Of a DNA stretch of 64,000 nucleotides, positions 11,037-24,106 are shown one piece after another. Position numbers and translations under genes: made by a program. Source of the stretch: Naegleria gruberi (taxonomy: Eukaryota); NCBI GenBank assembly GCA_000004985.1, contig GG738850.1, one strand, 5' to 3'. How positions within the stretch are numbered: position 1 is the stretch's first letter; each line of letters starts with the position of its first letter. Under the pieces are notes generated by a model. It had not been told where the DNA came from and searched no databases. It saw only the letters and a program-made list of their open reading frames with translations.

Positions 11037-14000
11037 ATGCATAAATCATCATCTACGCAATCCCTCTCATCTTCTTCATCAACACCATCTCCTCAAATGG
11101 TGGCCACCACTTCCTCTTCATCAAGATCGGAATCACCAAGAGGATCTGCAAGTAAATTACTGAGTCAAACATTGTACGATTTTAGTAGTGGAGTGGGTCT
11201 TCAATTGAAAAATCTTGTCATTACTTTGGATAAGAATAATTATCGTGGAAATGTTTCGGAAATTGAAAAGGTTTGTTTATAAATATTTGGAATAATTTTG
11301 GATTGATCATCTTTAATATAATTCGATAATTATTAATACCTAATTCAATAATAATTATTATTTTATTCTAATCATCAACAACATCAATCACAAATAATTT
11401 ATTTAATTGCGGAATTGAAATCACTGACCAGATTCTTAAACAATATGGATTTGAAGCTTATAGAACCTTTCTTACCATTCTGTTGACATCACTCAATTTC
11501 TACAACATTACCCAAAAAGACAAACCAAAACTTCAATTACTTAGTCAGGAGTTTGCTAAATTAACAACCCAGACAAACTTTTCTTCCATCATCTTGAAAG
11601 CCTTCTCCGAAGGTGTAACAGAGAATGGATTAAAAGTGGAATTTATTTCACAATTTTCCAGAACACTCAACCTTCCTCTTTCACAACAGGTCTTGTTGGG
11701 TATTGCCCTGGCTGAATCACATTCACCAAATGTTCAAAAAGAAGGTAAGTTTGTTCATCTAAACTGGCATTGTTAATATTATATTATATTTATAATATTA
11801 TAATTATTACTTCAATTTCATAATTTTCATCGAATGAACAACAGGTTTCATCTTCCTCAAGACAAAATTACAGGAAATGTTGGATGAAGGTCTTGTCAAC
11901 TTGCTTCCCGAAAATCTTGCCCACAAATTCCTCTTCCTTGTCAATACTAATGTCAACAATTTCAGCTCGGATGAGTTGGATCGTTTGAAGGATTACTTTT
12001 TGAGAGCAACCATTCCTTCACCAAATACTTCCTCCATCATTACTACTACCACCAACAATAATGGTAGCAGCAGAGGTTCCTCCGCCAACATTGTCTCCTC
12101 TCCTTCAATGGCCCATACCTCTGGTCAACATTCTATTAGTATTCTTCCACAAATTATTAAATCCTCCACAGCTATCAATTCTCTCAGGTAAGTAGTTGAT
12201 TTAGCTTCATGTTGTTAACATATGGTGTTATACTTCTTGACTACTTGTTCAATTTTATAATGTTGTTGTGATTTTGATGCTGATCAACAACAATATTGAT
12301 GACTATGATTCTTTTCTTCACTGTGCTGGCATTTTATTACCTTTACTTCCTTTGTGCTACCTCTAAAATTTTTTATTTTTAAAAATTACAAAAAAATTTT
12401 CCAAACAACACGCTCTATACAACCTTCCCTTCATCATCATAACAACAATACATCATTGTTATTTTGATTAAACATCCAAACAATTCTCTACAACAACAAC
12501 AATACTTTAAAAACTACCTAAATAATAACAATAATAATATGGCTCCTAAAAGAAACGAGACTCACATAAATACAACAAATCTGGCGGATAGCATTAGTCT
12601 GGGTAACTTCATCAAAGAGTTGGGCTATCCAACCATGTCTACAACGGATATATTCAACAAACTTACATTACAATTTCCTCACTTGACTGAGCAAGATGTG
12701 GGTGAATTAATTGGTATGATGGTAATGAATCATACAGGATTACAAGCAAGAACAGAAATTCCATCATTTATGCAATCTATTGGTATTGCAAAGTATGACT
12801 TTAAAGAAAATGTATCATCATGGAATTTAGATAATTTTGTTTCCGTGATGAAGAACAAGGACTTGAACTGGAAACAAGTAGTAGCCTGTTTAGATTACCC
12901 AAACTTTAAATTCAGAGATCAAAAAGGATTATCAATGGTTGTAACCTTATACAAAAAGTTAACAGGAGAAAAGCTCCCACTCGATGTTTTTGTTTGTAGA
13001 AAGTGGAACAATACTGAAGCACAATTATCTTTTATCCTTCTTGCCCTTGATGCACCTCCTGATATTATCGACTTTACATCAGACAAGCTTCGACATGTAG
13101 ATATTTCCTTCCTTCCTTCACACAAAAACCAAAACACAACCTGGGGTACAATTGATTTGATAGAAACTCTTATCAATTTGGCTGATAATGAAAATATTGT
13201 TGCCATTAGAAAAGTTTTTGAAGCACCAATCAAACAATGTCCTGAACAATTTTTACTTGCTTTGGCACAGTCAAAACCTACCAATGCTTTCTTACAACAA
13301 GAATTCATCTCTCAAATTGTACCAATCTTTGTCAAACCACACAAAAATTCTTTCCCTGTTCTTCACAAGTTGTGTGAAGTAAATCAATCTCTTCTCATTG
13401 CTTCACTCTCTGATTCTTACAGAAAGGATGCAACACAATTGAGAAGAATTTTAGATATTGCTCAAGAGTTGAAAATTCTTGATGCAATCCTTGAATCCAG
13501 ACCATTCCGTTTTGCTATTGAAATTGCTGTATTAGCATCAAAGAGAGATCACCTCAACTTGGAATTATGGTTATTAAATAACTTGGAGAGGTACACTAGT
13601 GAATTTGCTCAAGAGGTAATTTCATATTTAACAGACGGTATTACATCATGGAAAGAAAAGAATTCACAATCTTCTTTCACTGTTGATTCTGCTAAAATCA
13701 TTTTCAAATGTTTGGATAAGGCTAGATCTATCATTGTTAATGAAGTACTTGAACAAGCTTACCAAGTTTATCAAACACTTGATGATAGTATTAAGAAGGA
13801 AATTTCATCATCAGAATTCCAACTCTCACCAGAAGTTGAACAAAAAACCAATCAATTCTTCCTCTCCATGTTCCGTGCAGAGATTACAGTTGAAGCTGGT
13901 ATTGAAAAATTGAAAGATTTGAAACTTTCAAAGAGTAAGGCTGACCAAGAAATGTTTGCCTGTGTTATTCACAACTTATTTGATGAATATCGTTTCTTTA

Positions 14001-17000
14001 ACTTGTATCCTGATGATGTTTTGGGAGTAATGGCCAAATTATATGGTTACATTATTCAACATAATATTATTGTTGCTAAAACTTTAAAGTATGGCTTGAT
14101 TTGTGTCTTGACTGCCTTGTCAAGTACAGAAGTTAAAATGTTCCAATTTGGTCTTATTGCTCTCTCACTCTTCAAGACTAGAGTTTCCGAGTGGCCACAA
14201 TTCTGTGCTCACTTGAGAACAAAGGTACCACAAGTTTTTACTCACATTCCAGACTTGGCTCAACATGCTGCAAAGGGCTTTAGTATGGTTGATTCAATGC
14301 TACCAACAGATCAAATGACCATTCAATCTCCAACACTTCCTCCTACCTCTCTTTCTCCACAACCAATGATACAACCAAATACTGGTATGTCTTCTCCACT
14401 CAATGCTGGTTATTCTCAAATGCCAATTTCTCCACCAGTTTCTGCATCACAAGCTGGTATTTCAATGACAAGTTCTCCACCTCCACCAGTACAACAACCA
14501 ACCAAGGAAGATCCTCAAACTCCAACAAAGATTAAAAAGGAAGAAGAAAAAGATAGAGCCTCACCAGGCATTGGATTCCAATTGGATATTAGTACTCTTA
14601 CTAATCATGCTAACACTCAAGAAATTGAAAAACCTGACAATGACACTGCAGATAAGATTTTCTTTGTCATTAACAATCTCTCTCTTACCAATATGGACAA
14701 GTGTGCAGAATTGAAACAACTCTTGGCACCTAACCTCTATCCATACTTTTCTAGATATATTGTTGTTAATAGAGCAAGTTTGGAACCTAACTTCCATGCT
14801 GTTTACAGCAAAATGTTGGCTACTCTCCAAATAGAATCATTGGATAAATGTATCTTGAAACAGACTTATGAAGCCATTTCTGCCTTGTTAGATTCTGAAA
14901 GAATTACAACTAGCTTGTCAGAAAGATCACTCCTCAAAAATTTGGGAAGTTGGCTCGGTTTACACACTGTAGCAAAGAACAAACCAGTTTTACAAAAGGA
15001 TTTAGACATTAAGACTCTCTTGTTCAATGCTTATGAAAAGGGAAGGCTCATTGCTGTTATTCCATTTGTTTGCAAGATTTTGAACAATTGTTCCAAGTCT
15101 AAAGTTTTTGTACCACCAAATCCTTGGGTCATGGGTATTGTTTCATTGCTAGTTGAGATTCACTCCATTCCTGAATTGAAGCTTAACTTGAAGTTTGAAG
15201 TTGAAATGTTGTGCAAGACTCTCAAGCTCACACTCTCACAAGTTGAACAACAAAACAAGGAGAAGGGTGTACAACTTCTTGCAGGAAAGGTTCAAGTCAA
15301 GAAGAATAATCCAGATATTAACGCTCAAACAGGAGCTGAACAACCAACTACAAATGCTCCAACTACAGTACCTACTACTACTGGCACAACTTCAACCAAC
15401 AAGGCTGAAAAATTATTCAACATTCTCAAGATTTCAGATGCCAGTGTGGTAATTGCTGATTTACAAGACCAAGTCAAGATTTCAGACAGTCTTACCATCT
15501 TTAAGGATCAACCAGAGTTGAGAAAACTTGTTGTTATTGCCCTTGATCAAACAATTCGTGAGATTATTGCTCCAGTTGTCAAGAGAGCAGTTACAATTTC
15601 TTGTAGAACAACTGGTGAATTGATCATTAAGGACTTTATTGCCGAACCAGATTATCAAAAACTTGCTCGTTCTGCCAACTTGATGGTTTCCAATCTCGCT
15701 GCCAAGCTTGCTAAGGTATCATGCAAGGATTTACTCAAGTCTAGTTTGCAAGGTCATTTGAAGAGACTTTTGGAAACAGCCTGTATTAATCCAACTGAAA
15801 AGGTCAAGACATTGATCGAACAAGTTGTTAATGTTGTCAGTAATGATAATATTAATGTTGGTACTGCCTATGTTGAACAGGCAGCCAGAGACAAGAGTAT
15901 GATTGATGTAGCTGAAACACTTCAATCCGAAATTGAACTCAGAAAGGGACACCAAAATGGAGCTATTGGACCTTGGACCAACTATACCATGCCACCAGCA
16001 ATTCAAAGACTTCCTGACTTGTTGGCTCCAAAGAATGGACTCCACAGAAATCATCTCCAAGTTTATGAAGATTTTGAAAGAAAGATTCACTCTGAAAAAC
16101 CAAGAGAAGATATGTTACCAATCAATGTAGCTATTGATCAAGGAAAGGTAACACTTGCCAAGATTTTCGATTTTATCAACCAAGCTAAGAAGCAAGTTCC
16201 TTCTCTCTTGTTTATTCCTCCTCAAAGCGAACTCTACACAAACATTGCCAAGCTCAGATCCGTCTTGACCCAATCTGTCCAAGGTGGCGAAACTGCTGAA
16301 GAGCTTGTATCTGATTTGTTCAACAAGCTTTATGAAAATGATTTACCTATTGTCAAGGAGACTTGTGTTCTCTTGATGATGATTATCAGAGATATGGAAT
16401 CAGAATCCTCCATCCAACAAGTCACCAATCTTTGGAAGGGAATGAAGAATCAACAAAAGCTTGAAAAGGATATTACAACAGCATTGATTAGAGCAGACTT
16501 GTTAGATTTACCAAGTGTAGATAACGAATTGGTTTCCCTCTTGGCCGACCAATCTTGTGCTAACTTGACCCTTTCTTTATTATTGCACCTTATTCAAAAG
16601 CTCGTCTCTCATAAGAGTACTATCATGTTGAATGACTTACCAAAGTGTAGCAGCTTTATCCAAAATCATTTGAAGAACCTTCCTGAAAGCAATCATATTG
16701 CTTTAATGTTAGATCAAGCTTTGAAGACTGCAACTGCTTTACCTGAAAATACTTTGACTATCATGTTCAATGCTTCCTCAGATTTTGAATCCCAAGATAG
16801 ATTCATGATGAGAGATCAACTCACCAAGAAGCTTTTGGCTTGGGTTCACTTGTTTGATGCTCCAGTTAATCCAGGATTCCTTGGTATTGATTTGAGAAGC
16901 ACATCAGCATCTCTCTACCAATTGATCAATGAAAATAAGGAAATTTTATTGGCTGAATTGAAGGAAATTTCAAAGAATGATAAGTTCTTTGAAGAATTAA

Positions 17001-18376
17001 TTTTGAACATGCTCCAAATCACTTTGGAATACTATTACAAGTGTATTACTCCAGTTCCAGGTCAACAACAATTCAAGTTTGCTGATGCCTTTTCTGAATT
17101 GATTGGTAATTTGATCTTTGGTGAAAGTTATCGTGCCAAGATTGTTACTAGATTCCACATTACTCTCACAACTATCAAGCAATTCATCATTAGAGATCAT
17201 GACCTCCAACAAACCAACTTTAATCAAAGAATCTACTTGAGATTATTGTCCAACCTTCTCACTCAAATCAATACATTCTTGCCACAACCTGTTATCCAAA
17301 GTGCTGACTATCAAATTGATGAAAGAATTATTGAATTGAATGTTGAATTATTGAGTGCCTTTGCTGATGCCTTGAGTGAATTGGAACCATCTGCCTATCC
17401 TGGATTTGTATTTGGTTGGTTAGATTTGATTGCTCACAGACACTTTATGCCAAAACTTCTGTCACCTGTAGGCAAGAAGGGTATGCCAAAATTCCACGCT
17501 CTTGTTATGCACTTGTTCAAGTTCTTGGAACCATACTTGAGAAACATTTCCTTGAGCAATCCAGTCAAGCTCGTCTATAGAGCATCACTCAAGATTTTAT
17601 TGGTTCTCTTGCACGACTTCCCAGAATTCTTGTGTGACTATCACTTCTCTCTCTGCAATGTTATTCCAAGTACTTGCATCCAAATGAGAAACTTGATCCT
17701 CTCTGCCTTCCCTCGTCACATGAAGCTTCCAGACCCATTCACTCAAAATCTCAAGGTTGATTTGCTTCCAGAAATTAATGAACCTCCAAATATCCTCAGT
17801 GACTATATGTCCTACTTCACCAAGGATTTGAATGCTGATATTTTGGATAGCTTTGTTCTTACCAGAGATGTTAATATTTTGAATCAACTTTCAGCCAAGT
17901 TGAAGCTTTCTCCTCAAGAAGCTGAAGAAGTAGGAACAGCCTACAATGTCCCACTTATTAATGCTATTGTCATTTACACTGGTATCATTGCTACAAGACA
18001 ACAAAGTAATCCAGTCATTAATACTCCAGCCACTGATATTCTTCGTAAATTAATTTTCGAATTGGACTCTGAGGGACGTTATTTGGTTTTGAACTCACTT
18101 GCCAATCAATTGAGATATCCTAACATTCATACTCACTTCTTTAGTTGTGTAATTTTGAACTTGTTCCTTGAAACTGTTGATAAGGAATTCATCCAAGAAC
18201 AAATTACCAGAGTTCTCATTGAACGTTTGATTGCCAGTAGACCACATCCATGGGGCTTGTTGATTACCTTCATTGAATTAGTCAAAAATAGCAGATACAA
18301 GTTCTGGGAAAAGCCATTCATTCACTGCTCTGGTGATATTGATACCATGTTTCAAAATGTTAGATTTTCACTTTAA
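11037..18376 (+). CDS. CNOT1: CCR4-NOT transcription complex subunit 1 (Not1), multi-exon; at least 3 N-terminal exons lie upstream of the 1970-aa ORF
   Basis: The N-terminal exons (11037..~11273, ~11405..~11746, ~11846..~12187) give LSQTLYDFSSGVGLQLKNLVITLDKNNYRGNVSEIEK and ITDQILKQYGFEAYRTFLTILLTSLNF.., which align to the human CNOT1 N-terminus ([43 protein letters not shown]...). The large ORF 12464..18376 carries the MIF4G-like, Not1 and C-terminal regions. Introns have GTTTGT/GTAAGT donors. Confidence 0.9.
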
Positions 18377-18442
18377 ATAAATAATTGATATCAATTGATT
18401 GAAAATTCTCACTATTATTCAGTACAACTTCAATAAGTTATG

Positions 18443-19957
18443 TTAATTTATTGAAGTTTCATTCTTCATCTTCTCGTGTTGCATTCTCTTATAGTTTGGC
18501 TTGACTAAAAGTAAGCAAATAACTGAGAGAGCATAACAAGATAACAAAAACCACATTGAGTTTTGCATGGAAACAACTCTTGTTTTGTGATTAATAGGAT
18601 TGGTATGAGTTGTTTTGAGTGCTTCTGCTATGAAGATGAAAATTGCACTTGTCATTGACATGATTCCCAACATTAATCCACTGCTATATGACTCAGCAAC
18701 TGGGAATGTCAATTCAGTAGCTGTTTCCAAAATCAATGGAAGAGTTGGAACAGAGCAGAACCCAACAATATTCACAGCACACATGGCCATAATGAATGTT
18801 ACTTCTGATCGATCAGATAACAAATTGATTGAGAACCACACGTAACATCCCATTGTAATAAGGGAACAAAATGTTAAAATTGTCTTGAACCATTTCGTAC
18901 ATTCAGCAATAGTTCCAAATCTAATAATTGAATAAGTAAATGAGTTAAAACACTTAAAAGTACTTACATAAAACAACCCAAAACACCAGAGGCGATTACA
19001 GAAACACCCATATAGGCTACATCTGTCACCAAATAATTTTTTGGCATGACAAGTGAATTCAATTCAGTCAAGAAACAATTTAATGATCCAATTCCAGTAC
19101 TAAAAGAAATTAATAGTAGCCAAAAAGGAATATTCTTTGCCAAAGATTTCAATTGTTCAACAGTTGACATTGGCTTTTGAATTAACAGAGTTGATTCCTC
19201 AATTTCACCTTTTTCATTCGAAACTGAATTACTTGTTTCAATATTTGTAGTTTTCTTATCTTTAAAGAAGGCAATAACTAAAATCAACAAGATACTCGAT
19301 AATAATGCTTGTAATAATAGCAATCCAATCATTCCAAGATCATTATTGTAAGTGGCGTCACCTGCCAAAGCTGCCGAAATTCCAAAACTTGCTCCAGTGC
19401 CAAGAACGTTCAATAAAGATGAAAGAGTGGTGGCTATTGTTCTCTGTTGGGCTGGAAACCAAGTATTAGAAAGTTGAGTAATTGTATTGACCTATTTCGA
19501 ATAAAACAAGATTAAATTATCCTTCCATTCCAATATACTTACAATAAAAGGAGGTGCAACAGCTCCCACAACATATCCACTAAATCCAATCCAGAAATAC
19601 ATTTCATTTCCAGATCTAAATCCAGCAAATCTCATCCAAGCTCCAATAAAACTATTCTTCTCAATTAGTTCACTTTCTAATTTCAACTACTTACGACAAG
19701 ATTGACCCAAAAACAATAGTTTTCCTCAATCCCCACCGATTGACCAAATAAGCAGACAGTAAACTAGCTGGAAAATTCAACAATAAGAAAATTGTTGCTG
19801 TCATTGAAACTTTCCAACCTTCAACCTGTCTCATGTCATAATATTTCAACACTGAACTTGTAATGGAGGTAAAGTAGGTTTGATAGAATGCAGCCATGAA
19901 TGCTTGACTGGATTGCAACAATAAAATTATCCATTTTTGGTAGGATTTTTCTGACAT
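18443..19957 (-). CDS. major facilitator superfamily transporter (FLVCR/MFSD7-like?), about 4 exons
   Basis: Four consecutive minus-strand ORFs (19957-19691, 19686-19492, 19413-18964, 18976-18443) all encode multi-pass hydrophobic segments, e.g. FPAQQRTIATTLSSLLNVLGTGASFGISA. They are separated by GTAAGT-type donors (e.g. plus 19688-19693). ATG at 19957. Confidence 0.7.
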
Positions 19958-20445
19958 GTTCCGTTAAATTATATTAAAAATTTAAAAATTGAAAAGAAAT
20001 AAATAATGATAGGAATGAATTATGGTACAAGATGGGCACGGGAAGGTATGGTACAAGTGGCGCTTATTTTTTTCTAATGAAAATGGTTCAAAAATTGATG
20101 ATGAACAATCGTCTTGGATAAATTAGGTTGGGTCCGCAATTCCGAAAGCCGAGCTCTCCAGGATTCCAGAGATCAAAAGAAGGCCATGGGACAACGTTGG
20201 ACAGACTTCATTATTGAGGTTGTGGATGCATTTCCTTGATTCAAATGGTTCTTATAAGTGGAAGGAGATGATTCCTGAATGAGCAGTTGAATGACTAAGA
20301 ACCCCAATAAAAATCCTTAAACAAATCATACAGCACCTCTGTTCCCAAGAAGAGAGAAACATTCATTGACTGGTTTCCTTAAAACTCCACATTTGAAATT
20401 CCAAATGAACTTGAGAATCCTCAACTCAGTTCTCAACAAAAAAAA

Positions 20446-21771
20446 ATGTCCACGCACCAATCGCTTCCTTCTTCTTCTTCCTCTCTTCAGCATATTGAAC
20501 CTCATCAGCATCATCAACCTCATGAGAAGAAAGCCAATGATGATAATCATCAAAAAATACATAAATCAGAATGTTGTTGTGGAAAATCTAACAAAAAGGA
20601 AAATGTGATTTCGGAAAAGACATCTAGTTGTGGTTGTGGTTGTAAATGTGATCGTGTAAATAATAATATTAATAATATTAATAATATTAATAATAAGAAT
20701 GGAGTGGTGAATAGTAGGAATGAAGAGGAGAAGGAGCAACAACAACCAATTGTGAATAGTAATCATCAGCAATTGATAATTGTTCAAGATCAAGAGAATA
20801 GACCAAAACCAATACCAGCACCTCCGATGAATGATCAGTGTAGGGAATATTGTAAGAAGGTTTTAGATGGTTTATTGGAGGAATATGAATTGTTGAATGA
20901 TTCGAATAGTGAAGAGTCTTGTTGTGATAAAATTCAAACTAATCTCAATTCTAAATGGCCTAAACATATAACAATATGTGGAATTGGAAGTTTACTTTCT
21001 GAAAAATCAGCCAGAAGAACTTTTCCTAATTTAATCAACTTTAGAAAGGCAATTGTAAAAAATTATGTCAGATGTTTCAATTTGGTGGCAATTTCTAGTT
21101 TAAATTTTGGTGATTTGGAAAAGAGGAAAATTGCATCAGTTGCTGCAGTTCATCAATCAGATTTAGAAGAAGAAACTATTAGAAAAATTATTCGATTACA
21201 AAGTCAAGACGAAACAAGACAAGAAATTGAAATGCACTGCTCAGTTTTTGAAATTCCTTTGACAGAGGAAATTTGGTGTGCATACATGACACGTGAACAT
21301 CGATACGAATTCAAATTTATCACAATTGACCAAGATTTTCAAAATGGAGTCATGCAAGCATCATGTTCCTGTTGTGAAAATAACTGTCAATGTTCTGAGT
21401 TTTCCTCCTGTGGATGCAAAGCACTCATGTGTTGTCAATTCAACGATGATTCGTATAGAATTGAACGATGTTCCAGTTACGAAAATGAATATCATGAAAG
21501 AGTAGCTCAACACTTTCAAGGTCGATTATGGTACCACACCAAACATGTACAAAACGAGAAACACATTCACAATAATGAAATTCCCATCAAACCAATTCCA
21601 AAATATTTGGAATTATGTTTCAATGCTGCTCTAGAAATGGGAAGATCAGCATTTGAGAATTTTCTCCAAACAAGTGTGATGGCAGATGGTGTAACCTTAC
21701 TGGAAGATTATCTGAAAGTAGAAGAACCTGAATTGTATCAGAAATTTATTGGAAATCAACAAGATTTGTGA
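20446..21771 (+). CDS. cysteine-cluster protein (CCCGK.., CGCGCKC, SCSCCENNCQCSEFSSCGCKALMCC) with a central [FY]xYGS-like core (possible GGCT/AIG2-like fold)
   Basis: 441-aa ORF with an A-run before the ATG. Two metallothionein-like Cys clusters flank a central region ITICGIGSLLSEKSARRTFP. The GGCT-like call is weak. Confidence 0.55.
   Translation: MSTHQSLPSSSSSLQHIEPHQHHQPHEKKANDDNHQKIHKSECCCGKSNKKENVISEKTSSCGCGCKCDRVNNNINNINNINNKNGVVNSRNEEEKEQQQPIVNSNHQQLIIVQDQENRPKPIPAPPMNDQCREYCKKVLDGLLEEYELLNDSNSEESCCDKIQTNLNSKWPKHITICGIGSLLSEKSARRTFPNLINFRKAIVKNYVRCFNLVAISSLNFGDLEKRKIASVAAVHQSDLEEETIRKIIRLQSQDETRQEIEMHCSVFEIPLTEEIWCAYMTREHRYEFKFITIDQDFQNGVMQASCSCCENNCQCSEFSSCGCKALMCCQFNDDSYRIERCSSYENEYHERVAQHFQGRLWYHTKHVQNEKHIHNNEIPIKPIPKYLELCFNAALEMGRSAFENFLQTSVMADGVTLLEDYLKVEEPELYQKFIGNQQDL
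20662..20696 (+). repeat. 9-bp tandem repeat (aataatatt) x ~3.8 inside coding sequence, encoding NNINNINNINN
   Basis: Direct read of 20662-20696. Confidence 0.7.
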
Positions 21772-22031
21772 AATTCGAATGAGGACTGCCTTTTCAATTT
21801 CGAAATCAACTTTGAAGCTCATCAAATTCCTCCTTGGAAGCTCAAATTTTCAGACGCACAATTATAAATTTAAACACGCACTCCACACAAACAATAATTT
21901 TTCCTTATTTGAAATGTGTGCGACTGTAAAATAAATTACAACGAGGAAATTGATAGAAATTACGCACGCTGGAGGATATTTAAATGAATCCGCTAACATG
22001 TTTCATCCACAAACAATAAACTCAAAAAAAA

Positions 22032-22697
22032 ATGTTTCAATCCTCCTTGTTCAATTTCAATAGAGAATATTACACTTCCAATAAACGAAAGAAGAATAAT
22101 CACAATACGAAAGTGAAAGAAAGTAATGATGTGATGGGAATGCCAATCGATTTTTCGATACCTGTGACTTTGACAGATCATAACGAGAAGGATTTTAATA
22201 CCAATTCCTCCTTTTGGAGTTCGAATGGAATGTTTGGACTTTCGAATAATGCTTTTGCACATTTAAATAATACTCTACAAACCACTCAATATACATCCAG
22301 CAATATGAATCAAGATTCTCCAAATACATCCCCTGCATCATCATCCACCACCATTCCAATGCAAATGATTCAAGAACGAGTAGAAACTAGTTTACCTAAA
22401 CATTATTCGATACATATCGAATTGGATCATGAACAACAACATTATCCACAATCAAATATTGATCATCAACAGCAGCATCACCAACATTTGAATCAGAAAT
22501 TCGTTTCACAAGAAGAATTTTTCCAACAAGTTTATGCTAGATATCAATCCACAGATTCAGATGCACTTTCGAATAATTCATACCATTCAAATACATGTAG
22601 CAATAGTACACTCAGTAGTAGTACAAGTGGTAACAACAATCTTGATGGACAGGAGGTTGCCACAAGTATCTTTACTTCATTCTCATTTTGGGGTTAA
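22032..22697 (+). CDS. hypothetical low-complexity (Ser/Asn/Gln/His-rich) protein
   Basis: 221-aa ORF with the aaaaaaaATG context typical of genes in this window. I see no recognisable domain. Confidence 0.4.
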   Translation: MFQSSLFNFNREYYTSNKRKKNNHNTKVKESNDVMGMPIDFSIPVTLTDHNEKDFNTNSSFWSSNGMFGLSNNAFAHLNNTLQTTQYTSSNMNQDSPNTSPASSSTTIPMQMIQERVETSLPKHYSIHIELDHEQQHYPQSNIDHQQQHHQHLNQKFVSQEEFFQQVYARYQSTDSDALSNNSYHSNTCSNSTLSSSTSGNNNLDGQEVATSIFTSFSFWG

Positions 22698-22993
22698 CCA
22701 TTTTATTCGAAACACCACAAAACTAATGTTGTACACTAAATGTAAATAAAATTTCATTTTGATAAAAGATTCACTTCGATCAAAAAGTTCATTTAATTGA
22801 AACTTTAGTAACATTTAATGATAATTCTTTTTTAGTGTCTTGAGCTGTCCACAACTTATTGTAAAGTCTTTGTCAACTGCTCTTTTGACAAAAGTTCGCC
22901 CAAATTATTCGCTCTTTCCATTTCAACCTTCAATTTTAAGCGAAATAAAAACCTGCCCATGGTTGCAAAGAGTGAAATTTTCAAACAAAAAAA

Positions 22994-23410
22994 ATGAAAC
23001 TCTTCATTGTGTGCGTTGTAATGATCATCTTTATGGTCGTCTCGTGTGAAATTGTTCAGTGTCAACTTTATTCCTATTCAACAAATGCGTTTTATTCTAC
23101 TGTTACTGTTACTGACGATTGTTTCGTCAATATTGCCGAATCTTTCACTATTCGAAACTTTGGTTCCAATCCAATTACACAATTTTCCAGATTTATTAAA
23201 AGAGATGATGATAGGAATGTCGAAGTTGTTCAACGTTCCATCCAAGTTCAATCATTCAATAATAATAATGTTGTGAACACTTCACTTGTTTACAATGATG
23301 AATTTATTGAATTGCAATTTTCTTTGAAAGATCCAATTGGGAGATATGGTGGCACTGCAAGCATTCAATTGAGTTATCAAATGTCTGGTCCCTTAATTGT
23401 TGGTAATATT
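22994..23410 (+). CDS. secreted/membrane protein, exon 1 (signal peptide)
   Basis: MKLFIVCVVMIIFMVVSCEIVQC is a signal peptide. The exon ends at a GTAAGT donor at 23411. Confidence 0.55.
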
Positions 23411-23455
23411 GTAAGTTGTAAATACTTTACAAAATATTTAAAAATATTATTATAG

Positions 23456-23872
23456 AATGATATGGTAAAATTGAATTATACTGGTCCAGTGGAGATATCC
23501 CCAAGTAGTATTGCCATTAAATTTACAGATCAAGTTAACAATTTACATGGTTATAGACAATTTCAAATTCTACCATATATAGAAGGTATTACAACAATTA
23601 CTGAAAATTCAGTTACTTGGGCTTTTAATGAAAAGGGTTACAAAAATCCAAGTGTACAAGTTGAATTTCCATCCTTGAAAACATTTGATATTTGTAGAAC
23701 AATTCCAATCGGTTCCTTGCTATCGATTAGTATTGTAAACTTGATGGCAATTATATTGTTAAATATTATGCAATTTATTATAATTATTGGCATGTGTATT
23801 TCCAAGTTTAGAAGTGGTAAGGCCTATGGTTTTGTTGGAAATGAAAATATTGGTTATGGCTCTTCACATTAA
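23456..23872 (+). CDS. secreted/membrane protein, exon 2 (C-terminal TM helix)
   Basis: 45-nt intron 23411..23455 (GTAAGT...TATAG) joins in frame. The C-terminus has the hydrophobic segment LLSISIVNLMAIILLNIMQFIIIIGMCI. Confidence 0.55.
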   Translation, partial: NDMVKLNYTGPVEISPSSIAIKFTDQVNNLHGYRQFQILPYIEGITTITENSVTWAFNEKGYKNPSVQVEFPSLKTFDICRTIPIGSLLSISIVNLMAIILLNIMQFIIIIGMCISKFRSGKAYGFVGNENIGYGSSH

Positions 23873-24106
23873 ATTATTCAATTGTTCAACTATTCTTGTA
23901 AAATTAATCTTTTTCCATAAATCTTGAATAAATATAAATAAAAATAAAATACCACCACAGCTGTATGTTTAACAATTCCCTCCCTTATATCCTGGTAAAC
24001 AACTACAAAAATCAGAATTACAAGATCAATGTCCAAACACTTTCTAGAACAAATGGATTTCAATTTTGAGTGTCACTAAAATAGTTTTGCAATAAAAGAG
24101 ATAAAT

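Noticed and set aside
12464-12466. ORF-track start codons at 12464, 26073, 10591, 63317, 1410 and 54032 as real translation starts
   Set aside because: These positions are TTG, not ATG. In this eukaryotic context the real starts are downstream ATGs (1509, 26139, 10522, 63302, 54146) or the position is inside an exon (12464).
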